Counted from the first letter of the stretch, positions 28,724-39,132 are shown. The stretch is DNA of 64,000 nucleotides from Candidatus Poribacteria bacterium (GCA_965208675.1 OZ242351.1:4704001-4768000); one strand, 5' to 3'. Notes: generated by a model from the letters alone, not told the origin. Translations and numbers: made by a program.

Positions 28724-29943
28724 GTTCTCATAGGATTTCTGGCGATCTTGATTGTAGTTAGCACGTAACTGCCATTTACCTTAAATTCGGGTTCCGGGTG
28801 TCCGGCTGCTTTGAGCGACATTCTAGCAATCGGTATTCCCATGCCGTACCGCTGCACAAAACCGAGGTTTTTCATGGCTTCCGCTAAATTGGGGTTACGA
28901 TAGTCGGTAAAACCGGTGTGACCGAAATTCTCGGTGGTCACAGCCCCGAAGGCGCCGCCGGGGCTCAACACCTCAATGCGGTCATTGAACCACGACACAC
29001 GAATCGGCGCATTGGTTGCTTCGTAGCTCCTATGCATCACCGCATTCCGAGTAATCTGTTGCACCGCCATCATGGGATAAAGCGATCTTCGTTGTTCGAC
29101 GTCACTCGTCGTAATATCAACTGCGATGCGGTTGTGAGCGTTTAGTTTATCGTGAAGACGGCGAAGCAGGTCCGGAATTGCGCCGCGAATCTCCTCACTG
29201 TCAATTATATCGTCGGTTAGCGCGCCGCCATCAATTTTGAGGAACTGGACGTATGCGCCGGGAAGAAAATCTTGTGTATTCTTACCAAGCACCAGGATTC
29301 CGAGCACTGTTGCGATTCGTTCATCGCCTGGAGCGATCATTTTAGTTGCAGCCAATCGTTCGTCAGGAGTGCGTTCATTGGCTTCCAATATTTCGGTAGG
29401 GACAACCCGCGGCAGATATTCATTCTCGAACTTCGCAAGATTTAGGTCAGAGATGCCGGCTGTGGGGATAGGATTTATGTCGAAGGGGATGTCTCCATAT
29501 CGCCGCTTTTCGTTGAGAATGCTTTCCTCCTGCGCTGTCGCGATGCCGCGGCGCGGACCAATACGGATATGGATAACACCCTTGTACCGAACCGGCGGCG
29601 AGTTAGATGGTTGCACCGTGACCAATGCAATTTGCCTTGCGCCCAGCACATACTTTTCAACGGCCAGTGAAGGCGGCGGTACGATATTCCCGTCGGTTTT
29701 CATGTCAGCCAATTGGCGGAGCAATTCGTTCGTGTCAGTTAACCCCGCGATAGATTTGTCGTTCCGTACCCCGACGAAAACAAAGCCTGGTTTTTCATGG
29801 CGCGGCAAATCGTTGGCAAATGCACAGATGGCTTCCCTGATTTCTTTCGGGGCACTGCCGGATAGTGACTCTTTGAACTCAACCCGGTCGGCTTCGTCGT
29901 CTTCTATAATTTGCAGCAATTCCTTTTCTGTAAGATTCGGCAT
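28720..29943 (-). CDS. AlbA_2 (Schlafen-like) DNA-binding domain plus RecG-C/HATPase-like domain protein
   Basis: EADRVEFKES, AICAFAN, GFVFVGV, NAVMHRSY, DRIEVLSPGG, YRNPNLAE, GMGIP. Confidence 0.85.
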   Translation of the reverse strand: MPNLTEKELLQIIEDDEADRVEFKESLSGSAPKEIREAICAFANDLPRHEKPGFVFVGVRNDKSIAGLTDTNELLRQLADMKTDGNIVPPPSLAVEKYVLGARQIALVTVQPSNSPPVRYKGVIHIRIGPRRGIATAQEESILNEKRRYGDIPFDINPIPTAGISDLNLAKFENEYLPRVVPTEILEANERTPDERLAATKMIAPGDERIATVLGILVLGKNTQDFLPGAYVQFLKIDGGALTDDIIDSEEIRGAIPDLLRRLHDKLNAHNRIAVDITTSDVEQRRSLYPMMAVQQITRNAVMHRSYEATNAPIRVSWFNDRIEVLSPGGAFGAVTTENFGHTGFTDYRNPNLAEAMKNLGFVQRYGMGIPIARMSLKAAGHPEPEFKVNGSYVLTTIKIARNPMRT

Positions 29944-30083
29944 ATCAATTTCCGTTCATTTTCGATAAAGTTTACCGACTGTGCTTTCCACTACAACCCG
30001 GTATGTGATGCCATGAATATTTTCCTATTGATGACTTTTTTGGTTGATTATGCTCGAATTGACCGTTGAATCTTGGAAATTCG

Positions 30084-30443
30084 TCAAGTTCTTTCTTCCC
30101 GCCCCAGGAGTGTTTCGACTCTCTGTAGAACGGCGTCTACCGTTGTTGCGGGCAAAGGACAAATCAACTCGGCGTTGCGCGTCCGCCAATCGACGCTCTT
30201 GACCTGATCCGCCAGAATAACGCCCGACACATCCAGCCCGGCGGGGATGGCGACCTCAAAGGGATAACCTTTTTCACGATTGGTAATTGGACACAGAATC
30301 GCCAAGCTGACCTTGCCGTTATAAGCCTTCGGTGAAATCACAACGGCGGGACGGCGTCCGCTCTGCTCGCTGCCGGCGCGGGGATTTGGGTCAAGCCATA
30401 CTGCATCGCCGCGCTGTGGAACGTACTCGGATGGGGCTACCAT
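30084..30443 (-). CDS. mazF: MazF/PemK endoribonuclease toxin
   Basis: QRGDAVWL..P.AGSEQSGRRPAVVIS, CPIT, GVILADQVKSVDW. Confidence 0.92.
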   Translation of the reverse strand: MVAPSEYVPQRGDAVWLDPNPRAGSEQSGRRPAVVISPKAYNGKVSLAILCPITNREKGYPFEVAIPAGLDVSGVILADQVKSVDWRTRNAELICPLPATTVDAVLQRVETLLGREERT

Positions 30444-30679
30444 GATTCGCTGCCTACGCTGCCGCCGGTGTCTACTTCACTGTGCAGGTTTTTGTCGGTT
30501 ACCTTAGCCAAAAGGTCATCTAGCGCAAGACTGGCGGGGCTCACTGGAACGATGACCAGATTTGTCCCGCTAAGCGATAAGTCTACGGTTGAGTTGGGTT
30601 CGAGTCCAATTTGGTTTGCCAGCGGCTTGGGAATCCGCAGTGCAAGGCTATTGCCCCATTTCTGTACACGGGTTTCCAT
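30437..30679 (-). CDS. mazE: MazE/AbrB antitoxin
   Basis: VQKWGNSLALRIP...LDDLLAKVT..NLHSE; overlaps the mazF start. Confidence 0.92.
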   Translation of the reverse strand: METRVQKWGNSLALRIPKPLANQIGLEPNSTVDLSLSGTNLVIVPVSPASLALDDLLAKVTDKNLHSEVDTGGSVGSESW

Positions 30680-30698
30680 TATATTTCTCCTCTATGTC

Positions 30699-30739
30699 GT
30701 AGATACAATGAGTATACATCATGAATTTGACATTGTCAA
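30699..30739 (-). promoter_or_regulatory. Sigma70 promoter and probable operator of mazEF
   Basis: Minus-strand TTGACA-17-TATACT, overlapping GTATAC/GTATCTAC half-palindromes. Confidence 0.7.
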
Positions 30740-30850
30740 GACCGAATTAGGGCGCGGTGAGCGGAGTGGGAGGGGTGTCAACGTCCCGATAGTCGGGGCT
30801 GGGAAGCCCCTCCTACAGATATTGTCGAGATATCGGCAATAGGTCTTTGT

Positions 30851-31312
30851 TCAAACGGTTTTAGATGAGAGGGCGAGCAGTTCGCGCAATTTTTCGGACC
30901 GGTAGGCAAAGATTTTCGCTATGTCCGGGGCGACGAAGAGTTTTTGGACGAGCCAGCCACCGAATACCGCGTATTCGACCTCGTCTTTGATCAGTGTGCC
31001 GTCTGGGTTTGCGACGAAGGTATGCTTGTGTATCCAGCGGCGGTAGGGGCCGCGGCGCTGTTCATCGACGAAGGAGTGCGGCGGATCCCATGCGGTAATC
31101 TCGCTCTGCCAGCGGATGGGGATGCCACGCAGCTTCAGGCGGTAGTCGATTAGCGTTCCGACCTTCATGTCAATCGGCGGGGGTGACAATACGTGGAAAT
31201 GCAGCCAAGGGGGCGTAATTTTCGCGAGGTTGTGCGCATCTGAAAAGAAGCTGAATAGTTCGTCCTGCGGCTTCTCGATTAGTTGTACGGTTTTTAGGTG
31301 GTAGGTTTTCAT
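30851..31312 (-). CDS. SRPBCC-family protein
   Basis: FFSDAHNLAKITPP, WQSEIT, FVDEQRRGPY..W.HKHTF, IFAYR. Confidence 0.85.
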   Translation of the reverse strand: MKTYHLKTVQLIEKPQDELFSFFSDAHNLAKITPPWLHFHVLSPPPIDMKVGTLIDYRLKLRGIPIRWQSEITAWDPPHSFVDEQRRGPYRRWIHKHTFVANPDGTLIKDEVEYAVFGGWLVQKLFVAPDIAKIFAYRSEKLRELLALSSKTV

Positions 31313-31375
31313 TGATTTTGAGTTTGGTGCGCGACCGGGGATCTTGGGAATTCTTTTGAAGGGGATTAGTCCACG

Positions 31376-32398
31376 TCAGGCAGTAGCGATACCAGCTGAG
31401 CGTAGGGATTTGAGAAGTTTGGAGACGGGTCTGTTTTTCTTTTTGATTGCGAGGGCCGCCTCGCACGCCGCGATTGCGCGTAGTCCTATGGCGTTATCCT
31501 GTGTGGTACGATATAGGGCTGCGCAGATCTTTGCCGCGGCGGTGTGGTATTCGACCGGATCGATACCGTCTGGGTACTCGCTGGACTGAGTCTGGGGAGA
31601 TTCGCCGAGGTGGCTGGCGATACGGTCTAACGCGGCTAAACCCGCGTCCCACGCTTCAGAATTCGCTTCGCAGACGACCTTTAAGTATAGCGGTTTTAGG
31701 GCGGCGTTGTTTAACCAGTACGCCTGTTCGCAGCATTCTGCCGCTTCGCCGTAGACCTCATTGTCCTGGTGCAGCTTCGCCAATTCGCTATAAAACGCAT
31801 GCAGTCCGTCATGGGTAATGGTGTACCTGTTATGCGCGGTGTTCGCAAGCCAACCCCTGTCCTCTAGAAATTCTATGGCGGAGTTTTTGTCATCTTCTGT
31901 AATGATGATGCCGGTCAATAAGTGCATCGCAACAGCGGCGTTTGGGTAGATTCTTGTGCGGCTACTCATCAAGGGATAAGCTTGAACGGGTTTGTCCATC
32001 TGGAGCAGTTTTAGTCCTGTGGCGATTCGGAAAAGCGAGATAATTTGGTCACTGTTTTTTCGTTCCCGCTCCGCAATCATCACGTCCTGATTTTCTGCGA
32101 TGCGGCGATTGAGATTGTCGTATTCCGTCCGAATTTTCGTATCTGCGGGATTCAACTGAATCGCACGTCCGAGAAACCGGTGGGCGGCAAACACTTCGTT
32201 CCAAGTTTCGTAGATTTTAGCGAGATGGAAGTTGGCTTGGGCGCGGATATCGGGTTCAGCCTCGACGGACAAAATGGTCTCCCACAACTGGATGGCTTTC
32301 GGAATGTCGTCCTGTTTTTCCAAGGATGGGGCGTATTCAACAAATTTGTTAATGTCCGAGCGAACCTGATTCTGTGTGGGTAAAACGTGATTTTGCAT
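31376..32398 (-). CDS. TPR-like helical repeat hypothetical protein
   Basis: 340-aa ORF with TPR-like helices (AIQLNPAD, EAAECCEQAYWL). Confidence 0.65.
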   Translation of the reverse strand: MQNHVLPTQNQVRSDINKFVEYAPSLEKQDDIPKAIQLWETILSVEAEPDIRAQANFHLAKIYETWNEVFAAHRFLGRAIQLNPADTKIRTEYDNLNRRIAENQDVMIAERERKNSDQIISLFRIATGLKLLQMDKPVQAYPLMSSRTRIYPNAAVAMHLLTGIIITEDDKNSAIEFLEDRGWLANTAHNRYTITHDGLHAFYSELAKLHQDNEVYGEAAECCEQAYWLNNAALKPLYLKVVCEANSEAWDAGLAALDRIASHLGESPQTQSSEYPDGIDPVEYHTAAAKICAALYRTTQDNAIGLRAIAACEAALAIKKKNRPVSKLLKSLRSAGIATA

Positions 32399-32504
32399 GG
32401 GGGTGGGGGGGGGTGATTAAATTTTGTTATGATTAATGATGTTTTTTAAAGCAAAAACTTCGCATGTAAATCCGATTTGAAAGTGGTGTGAAACACCACT
32501 ACTA

Positions 32505-32715
32505 GAGAAGACTATCGCCTTCGCTGTTCGCTCAGTTGATCCCTCCTTAGTAAGGAGGGGAATGATGTATGTGTTTGATTCTCATTTAACCACTCGTCTG
32601 TGTGCGTCCTAATAATCCTCCCCCTTGCTAAGGGGGAGCTAGAGGGGGTCGGTGGTGTATGGTTGGGAATCGGGAAGACTATCGCCATCGCTATTCGCTC
32701 AGTTGATCGCTCTGC
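32505..32715. repeat. R1 repeat cluster (another copy at about 33183-33236)
   Basis: AAGACTATCGCC..CGCT.TTCGCTCAGTTGATC cores at about 32508, 32675 and 33185, with CCCTCCTT..AAGGAGGG hairpins. Confidence 0.8.
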
Positions 32716-32769
32716 CCTACCTACAGGGTACTATTCGGTCGGTCAATCTCTCTACCCTACCCGGAGTGA

Positions 32770-32979
32770 CTACGGGCTTCGGAATCCCTTTATTATCCAT
32801 AGAACTGCTCTGAAGACGATGTGCCCGACGACGAATGTAACGCCAAAGAATACAGTTGCCACCCAGATGCCTTCACTGAACGCTTCTAGAACAGTAAAAA
32901 CAGCCAATATCAAAACACCAAGGACAATAGAGAAAAACAACCAAAGGCGGTTGAATCCCTTCTGCCAATTTATTCCCAT
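32770..32979 (-). CDS. Small two-TM membrane protein
   Basis: AGGAGG SD; MGINWQKGFNRLW...WIIKGF with two hydrophobic segments. Confidence 0.7.
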   Translation of the reverse strand: MGINWQKGFNRLWLFFSIVLGVLILAVFTVLEAFSEGIWVATVFFGVTFVVGHIVFRAVLWIIKGFRSP

Positions 32980-33283
32980 TTAAACACCTCCTATTATCAC
33001 GTATGTGTCACCGACGACATGGTGTTGGTTCTAAGCTAGTGTGTAGGTTGGGTTGAGCGGTGTTAACGAGCCAACGCCCGTATGCCGCGTGAATGTACGT
33101 GTTTTGATTGCCTTCAAATTTTGGGCTGATGAAGCGTAACGCAACGTATTTTGTCGAATTCGCAATGTAATGTTGCAAATCGAGAAGACTATCGCCTTCG
33201 CTATTCGCTCAGTTGATCCCTTGGCAAGGGGGAGAACGTACTTGGTACGGGGGAGAATGTAAGATGCTCCATCAACCTGCGAG

Positions 33284-33496
33284 CTACGAGACTTCTTCAG
33301 AACTCCAATTTTCCGTCTCGGTTGCGAAGGTGTCGGCGAGGTCATCGGCGATGGTGTCCTTAATGAGACTGATGAGATCTTCGCGGAATTTCATCCAATC
33401 TTGTCCGCGCCTCGTGAAACGATGGGGACCGTCAATTTCGACAAACATGGTGTCATTAGGTTGAGACAGCGATTCAAAGTAACGAGTGACTTTCAA
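33284..33496 (-). CDS. Small hypothetical protein downstream of the HAD gene
   Basis: AGGAGG followed by a TTG start at 33496: MKVTRYFESLSQPNDTMFVEIDG... Confidence 0.6.
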   Translation of the reverse strand: MKVTRYFESLSQPNDTMFVEIDGPHRFTRRGQDWMKFREDLISLIKDTIADDLADTFATETENWSSEEVS

Positions 33497-33543
33497 TACG
33501 TTTTTCCTCCTGATAACAGTTTCCAGATTATGAAACGGCGGAT

Positions 33544-34245
33544 TTATGGATCGGGATTTAGCGTCCAATTTTGGATTTCCCAATTTGACTCAAGCGCAAT
33601 TCGCCGAAATTTCTTGCCGGGATTGACTGCAACGGGATGATTTACGCATTGCAGCATCGGCAGATCTGCACTGCTATCGCCGTATGCGTAGCTAGCAGTG
33701 AGATCGATGCCGTGATGTTCGGCGAATTCTGTGACGGCGCGAGCCTTTTCCTCTCCGCTCAATGGTGGTGTTGTGAGTTCACCTGTGAATTTTCCGCCCT
33801 GCTCATGTATCTGCACGGTCAAAGCATGGTCGCATTCGAGAAAATCGGCGAGCGGCTGGATGATAAAATTGAGAGAACCGCTCACGAGAACGACCAAATC
33901 GCCGCGGCTTCGGTGTTCACTTATGCGATTTAATGCGGCGGGAAAGATTTTCGGGCGGAGATGCGTATCGAATTTTTCGTATGAATGATGTCGAAGCGTC
34001 TCAACATCCAGACCTTTGTAGTTTCGGTAGAACACACGATTGAATTTTGTGCGGCTGGCTTTATCAAGAATGAGGTAGTAAATCACTTTAGGGGCGAATT
34101 GAATCATCCAGAACGGACGCAGCACGGGAGGAAGCAGCGGAACGCGAAGCCAAACATAGTAGTGTACAATGGTGCTCTTGACTATGGTGCCATCGACATC
34201 GAAGAATGCAGCCGTTTTTCGTTCAGGCGGCTGAGTTTTTGACAT
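33544..34245 (-). CDS. HAD-IB (SerB-like) hydrolase/phosphatase
   Basis: AAFFDVDGT, VSGS, K, YAYGDSSADLPML, AVNP. Confidence 0.9.
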   Translation of the reverse strand: MSKTQPPERKTAAFFDVDGTIVKSTIVHYYVWLRVPLLPPVLRPFWMIQFAPKVIYYLILDKASRTKFNRVFYRNYKGLDVETLRHHSYEKFDTHLRPKIFPAALNRISEHRSRGDLVVLVSGSLNFIIQPLADFLECDHALTVQIHEQGGKFTGELTTPPLSGEEKARAVTEFAEHHGIDLTASYAYGDSSADLPMLQCVNHPVAVNPGKKFRRIALESNWEIQNWTLNPDP

Positions 34246-34292
34246 CGATTTTGAACTCCAATTTGAAATGTCCTAGGTAACAAACGGAATAC

Positions 34293-37200
34293 TTACACGA
34301 TATGCGCGCTTTCCCGCAACAGTTCGATTTTTTCTCGCACCTCATCAACAAAGGCTCTATAGACTTCATGATTGATTGCCGCGCCGTCCTCGGAAGCACG
34401 GAGGGTCATTGGCTCACCGAAAACCACCTTAATTTGCTTCCTGCGCGGCAAGTTTTTGCCTTTGGGCAGCGCTTGGTATGCGCCGTCAATATATGTTGGG
34501 ACAACCGGCGCCCCGGTTTCGTAGGCGAGCAATCCCAGCCCGGCTTTGAATGGTTGGAGTTCGCCTGTGACTGATCGTGTACCTTCCGGATAGATGAGTA
34601 AGCAGCGGTTTTCAAGCATAATTTCGTGAGAAGTCCGTACATCCTGCAGAAACTGCGAAAAATTGTCTTTCCGTTCGAAAGGCAGAAACTTAAAAAGTTT
34701 GCCAAAGAACCATGCTTTGAAGCGGGTATTGAAGAAGTAGTCGCGTGCGGCTAGAATTTTGATGCCCCTCGCTGATTTACCGAGCGCAGTAACTACGGCG
34801 CCGGTATCAAGGTGACTTGTGTGATTAGCGACAAAGATGCACGGTTTGCCGTCCGGGATGTGTGCTTTACCGTAAGTCTTGATGGAGAAATACCCGTGAT
34901 AGGCGATTCGCATGCCGAGCCGCAAAAGGCGTGTTTTGATTGATAAGTGCGGCAGACCCATGTCAGTGTAGGTCGGCGGTTCAGCGCGGGCAGAAATCGA
35001 CACACTGCTCTCAACCATGTGAATTTCAGGTTGGACTTGCAGCGTTTTGACGGATTGAATTACGTCGCCAACGGTGCGAATTTGCATGACCATCTCGTCA
35101 GGTATGGGATGTTGGATTTTGGCTTCCAGCAATAGCAATAGTTCAACTCGCGCAAGGGAATCCAATCCGAGATCGGCGTCCAAGTGATCTTCCAAACGTA
35201 TCTTTTCAAGCGGCAGCCGTGACAGGCGGCTCAATTCAGAAGCAATGGCACCTTCCCAACCGCCAGAAATCCAATCCGGTTGCGCTGAGGAAGCCGTTTC
35301 ATCAGACGCGTCGTCGGCGCTCTCTCCCGTTGAATTATCGTCCTGTGTCACGCCAGACAGCCGATCCAATAGCATCTCTTTGACGCGCCGGCGGTGAATC
35401 TCAAAGGTTGGTAGTTTGGGCAGTTCCGATTCCCAAAAATGCAATTTGTGAAGATGTTGATAGCTGGGGAGATCGCGCGCGCAGTTTTGAAGATGTTGGC
35501 GAATTGTAGATTCAACCTCCGCCGGATTGGGTTTACCCCTTCGATTGGGAACTATGACAGCGTGAACTTCCTCCCCGTGCGAATCGCCGATGTTCACACC
35601 GACAACACAGATTTCTGCGATGTTTGGGCTGTGCTGATACAGCTCTTCAAGTTCGACTGGATATATATTTTTCCCCGCGCTCGATACGATGACATCCTTG
35701 AGACGTCCGGTGATATAGAGATAACCATCTGCATCAATGTACCCGAGATCCCCTGTATGCAAGGTTCCACTCCGCATCATGTGTTCGGTTGCCCCCGGGT
35801 TCCGATAGTAACCTGCCATTAGGCTAGGACCTTGCGCTACGATTTCGCCAATCCCGTCTGGGTTGGGATGATGGATTTGAACTTGTGTGCCTTGTACGGG
35901 AACGCCGACAGCCGCCCGCTTACTTTTGTGATGAGGATTCACGGTAAGCACGGGAGCCGTTTCGGTCAGCCCGTAGCCCTGATAAATTGTTAACCCGAAA
36001 CGCTGGTATGCGTCATAAATTTCGTTGGACAACGCCGCACCGCCGCTCACTAGGACACGCATGTTGCCACCTAAGGCGGCGTGTAACGCTTCAATCGCCG
36101 CTCGGTCAGGCGGGGCGTCCTCCGCGGCGGTAGATTTTAAAACGTAGCGCATGATAGTGTCATAAATTAACTTAAACATTCGCGGCACGCCTATGACGAC
36201 AGTTGTCTGTGTTTCCTGCATGGTATCCAGGACCATGTTCGGCTTAAGCGTGTTGGGATAAGTGACCGTGGCACCGCCGTAAATTGACATCAGAAAACAG
36301 CAGGTAAACTCCAGCGCGTGATGCAATGGCAATATCGACAAGAACTGGTCTGTATCGTGGGGCGGCAGCGCGTGTGCAACAGCGTGGACGTTAGCAATGA
36401 AATTCTTGTGCGAGAGCATTACCCCTTTCGCCTCGACCGTGGTGCCCGCAGTGAAGATTATTGAGGCGATTGTGTCTGGTTGGATATCCACTTTGGGGAA
36501 GCCGTTGGTTACGTCGGACGCATTACTCTCTTCGATTGACGCAGATTGGGGTTCCGGCGAATGGTCGAACTCAAACGGTTTGCAGAAACGAACGATGTTC
36601 AAGAGGTCTACCGTAGGTGTGCCGTCGTCGGACTGGGTTAGTGCACGGTGTAATTGCCCAGCCAGTGAATCTGAGGTTAGAATGGCTTTCGCCTCGGTAA
36701 ACTTTGCGAGTGCAAAGATTTCGCGCTCCGAGGTTTGCCGGTCGACTGGAACAACCGTGATGCCAATGTGTACGGCGCCCAAATAAGCGATAGCCCATTC
36801 CGGGCAGTTCTCAGCAAAGAGAATCAGGCGGTCGCCTGGACGGTAGCCTCGATTCCAGAGAGAACAAGCGATTTGCCGGGAAATGTCATAGAGTTGGCGG
36901 TAGGAATACCGTACCCAATTGTCTCCGGCTTTCATCTGAAGCGCGGTTTTATTCGGATTGGATTTGACACGTTCGGCAATCAGGTCTGGAATGGTACGAT
37001 AAGGCAATTGCGAATTACCGCCGGCACCGTCAACTCGGCTGCTGACCCCCTCTTCACTTTGTTCCGGCACGGGATTTTTTCCATTGCCGCTTTCGAGTTT
37101 GAGGATGTGACGCTTGATGCCGGGAATATGAACCTCCTGAAGATAGTGCCTCCAGTTAAATTTTAAGACATCAAAGTTGAACCGCCGTTGATCGGACGGG

Positions 37201-38690
37201 TCGAGAGCACGAAACAGCGCTTCAGTTTTACCGGTTTCAAACTCAAAACTCAAGCGGGTGTATGTGCCGTAGAGCCGAATATAATTCTGTAAGCCTTCAA
37301 TTGCATTCTGCATCACGCCAATGCGGCGGTTTGCAGCCGCCGCCGATTTCAGCGGCAACCGGCTGAGGATGGAACCGCCCAAACCTAGCATGAGATATTT
37401 AAGTCGTAGTTGACGTTGGAATTTCTTGAGGCTAGGATATTTCCACACAGGCACAGGAATCGGCTTCCCTTTGTCAAACATGGGGGATTGGACGAAGTAG
37501 TCGTGGGTTGCTGTTACGATACCGTGGAAGGTCAACGGGTTCCGAGATCCAGTAGCGACATGATAGACCTCGATTCCGCGTTTGCGGTATGTCTGGAACG
37601 AAATCGCCAGGATAGCATTTACAACGAAGTCAACGGGAATAATGTCGGTAATGGCTTCCGGTTTTCCGGGAAAGTCCGGCAGACGTCCTTTCGCAAACCC
37701 GATAATAATCGGGTCCGCCATACGGAAACCGTCAAGCCAACCGGGTTCCGGTTCCTCAAGGCTACTCTCGATTATTGAGGGGCGGACAATAGCGATCGGT
37801 AAATCGCCTTTTACCGCGGCAATCATCTGTTCGCCGAGTGATTTTGTGTAAGTGTACGTATCGTTCCATCCACGCGACTTTGCCCGATTTAAGCCCTCTT
37901 CTACCAACCGGGCTTCAATCCACCTATTCCGAACCGTTTCGATCTGTGCTTCGAGTTTCTGACTCTTCCTTTTCCCTCCTCCCAACTGGCGTTGGGCTTG
38001 TTTGCGGAATTGAACCGTCCGCGAGGAATGATGTGCTTCGGTGCGCACCTTCTCGCTCAAGTGGAAAATGTCCTCAATTTCCGTGTCGAGGTTGCTAGGC
38101 ATGGTTTCACCGGTTTGTTCGCGATGTCCGTCGGCGTAAGACTCATAGGGCTGATGGAGCGCTTCTGCAACCTTCCCAGGACGCATTCCACAGACGTAAG
38201 CCGTCGATACGTGGATTAACACGGCGTCATTGCAACTCTTAGCGAACTCTACGGCATATTTTGCACCGAGCGTGTTGCTTCTTAGGGACGCATCAATGGC
38301 GGGATCGAATTTTACAAGGCCTCCGCTGTTGATGAATACCCTCACTTCACTCGTCAGGCGTTCATAATCGCTATCCGATAGACCGAGCCGTTTTAACGAG
38401 AGGTCGCCGTCTACTGCGGAAACTTTTTCACGAATCCATTCGTCAAAGCTTGAACCGTGAATACCCTTCAATTTGGTGAAGACGCTGGACGTGAATATTT
38501 CTTCCTGTAGGCGAGTTTCGGCTGAATAGACGTTGCCGTTGGGTTCTGCACGGGCGCGGATTAGCAGGTAAATCTTATGGATGTCGGGAATGTCCGTAAG
38601 AATTTTGGCAACCAACGGCTTTCCGAGGAAACCTGTGGCGCCCGTGATCAGGATTACTTTATCGCGGAAAAATTCTGGAATTGTGTTCAT
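34293..38690 (-). CDS. ElbD-like multidomain enzyme: fatty acyl reductase, AMP-binding domain, ACP and lysophospholipid acyltransferase
   Basis: TGATGFLGK and YTYTK (FAR); IIFTAGTT..KGV, QGYGLTET, TGDLG (adenylation); LGLDSL (ACP); NHTSHLD and YPEGTRS (PlsC). Confidence 0.9.
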   Translation of the reverse strand: MNTIPEFFRDKVILITGATGFLGKPLVAKILTDIPDIHKIYLLIRARAEPNGNVYSAETRLQEEIFTSSVFTKLKGIHGSSFDEWIREKVSAVDGDLSLKRLGLSDSDYERLTSEVRVFINSGGLVKFDPAIDASLRSNTLGAKYAVEFAKSCNDAVLIHVSTAYVCGMRPGKVAEALHQPYESYADGHREQTGETMPSNLDTEIEDIFHLSEKVRTEAHHSSRTVQFRKQAQRQLGGGKRKSQKLEAQIETVRNRWIEARLVEEGLNRAKSRGWNDTYTYTKSLGEQMIAAVKGDLPIAIVRPSIIESSLEEPEPGWLDGFRMADPIIIGFAKGRLPDFPGKPEAITDIIPVDFVVNAILAISFQTYRKRGIEVYHVATGSRNPLTFHGIVTATHDYFVQSPMFDKGKPIPVPVWKYPSLKKFQRQLRLKYLMLGLGGSILSRLPLKSAAAANRRIGVMQNAIEGLQNYIRLYGTYTRLSFEFETGKTEALFRALDPSDQRRFNFDVLKFNWRHYLQEVHIPGIKRHILKLESGNGKNPVPEQSEEGVSSRVDGAGGNSQLPYRTIPDLIAERVKSNPNKTALQMKAGDNWVRYSYRQLYDISRQIACSLWNRGYRPGDRLILFAENCPEWAIAYLGAVHIGITVVPVDRQTSEREIFALAKFTEAKAILTSDSLAGQLHRALTQSDDGTPTVDLLNIVRFCKPFEFDHSPEPQSASIEESNASDVTNGFPKVDIQPDTIASIIFTAGTTVEAKGVMLSHKNFIANVHAVAHALPPHDTDQFLSILPLHHALEFTCCFLMSIYGGATVTYPNTLKPNMVLDTMQETQTTVVIGVPRMFKLIYDTIMRYVLKSTAAEDAPPDRAAIEALHAALGGNMRVLVSGGAALSNEIYDAYQRFGLTIYQGYGLTETAPVLTVNPHHKSKRAAVGVPVQGTQVQIHHPNPDGIGEIVAQGPSLMAGYYRNPGATEHMMRSGTLHTGDLGYIDADGYLYITGRLKDVIVSSAGKNIYPVELEELYQHSPNIAEICVVGVNIGDSHGEEVHAVIVPNRRGKPNPAEVESTIRQHLQNCARDLPSYQHLHKLHFWESELPKLPTFEIHRRRVKEMLLDRLSGVTQDDNSTGESADDASDETASSAQPDWISGGWEGAIASELSRLSRLPLEKIRLEDHLDADLGLDSLARVELLLLLEAKIQHPIPDEMVMQIRTVGDVIQSVKTLQVQPEIHMVESSVSISARAEPPTYTDMGLPHLSIKTRLLRLGMRIAYHGYFSIKTYGKAHIPDGKPCIFVANHTSHLDTGAVVTALGKSARGIKILAARDYFFNTRFKAWFFGKLFKFLPFERKDNFSQFLQDVRTSHEIMLENRCLLIYPEGTRSVTGELQPFKAGLGLLAYETGAPVVPTYIDGAYQALPKGKNLPRRKQIKVVFGEPMTLRASEDGAAINHEVYRAFVDEVREKIELLRESAHIV

Positions 38691-38800
38691 TTCGCATTGG
38701 TGTTTTCAAAAAAAGATAGTCCATCGACCAACGTCACGGAAAGGAGAGGTGCGCGACAGCATAGATGAGTGACGTTCGGTGAGTTACACGCGTTAGCTTT

Positions 38801-38830
38801 AGTATAAAGGAAAAAGTGGGTTTGTGTCAA
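38801..38830 (-). promoter_or_regulatory. Sigma70-like promoter of the ElbD-like operon
   Basis: Minus-strand TTGACA-18-TATACT about 110 bp upstream of the ATG. Confidence 0.55.
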
Positions 38831-39132
38831 TGCAAAACCCAAACCTCAGAGACATGCTATGAAAATGCGGAAAATGTCAAGAAATACGCAAGCGATTTGA
38901 GTCTCCACGGGTAGCATGAATCTTCTTACTATTCGACATTTCAAATTAAGGAAGAACCGTAATTTTTCCAGGGCTTTGCGTGATAGCGAAAGGCACACAT
39001 TGCATCCGCAAATTATATCATAGAATTGCGCGATGAACCTATGCTATAATAACAGCCTTAATCGCCTAGAGGTTGTGGAAACGGTGAATGCTCTTTATGG
39101 AGTTTTGAAAACCTACCGCAAGTTCAGGAAAT

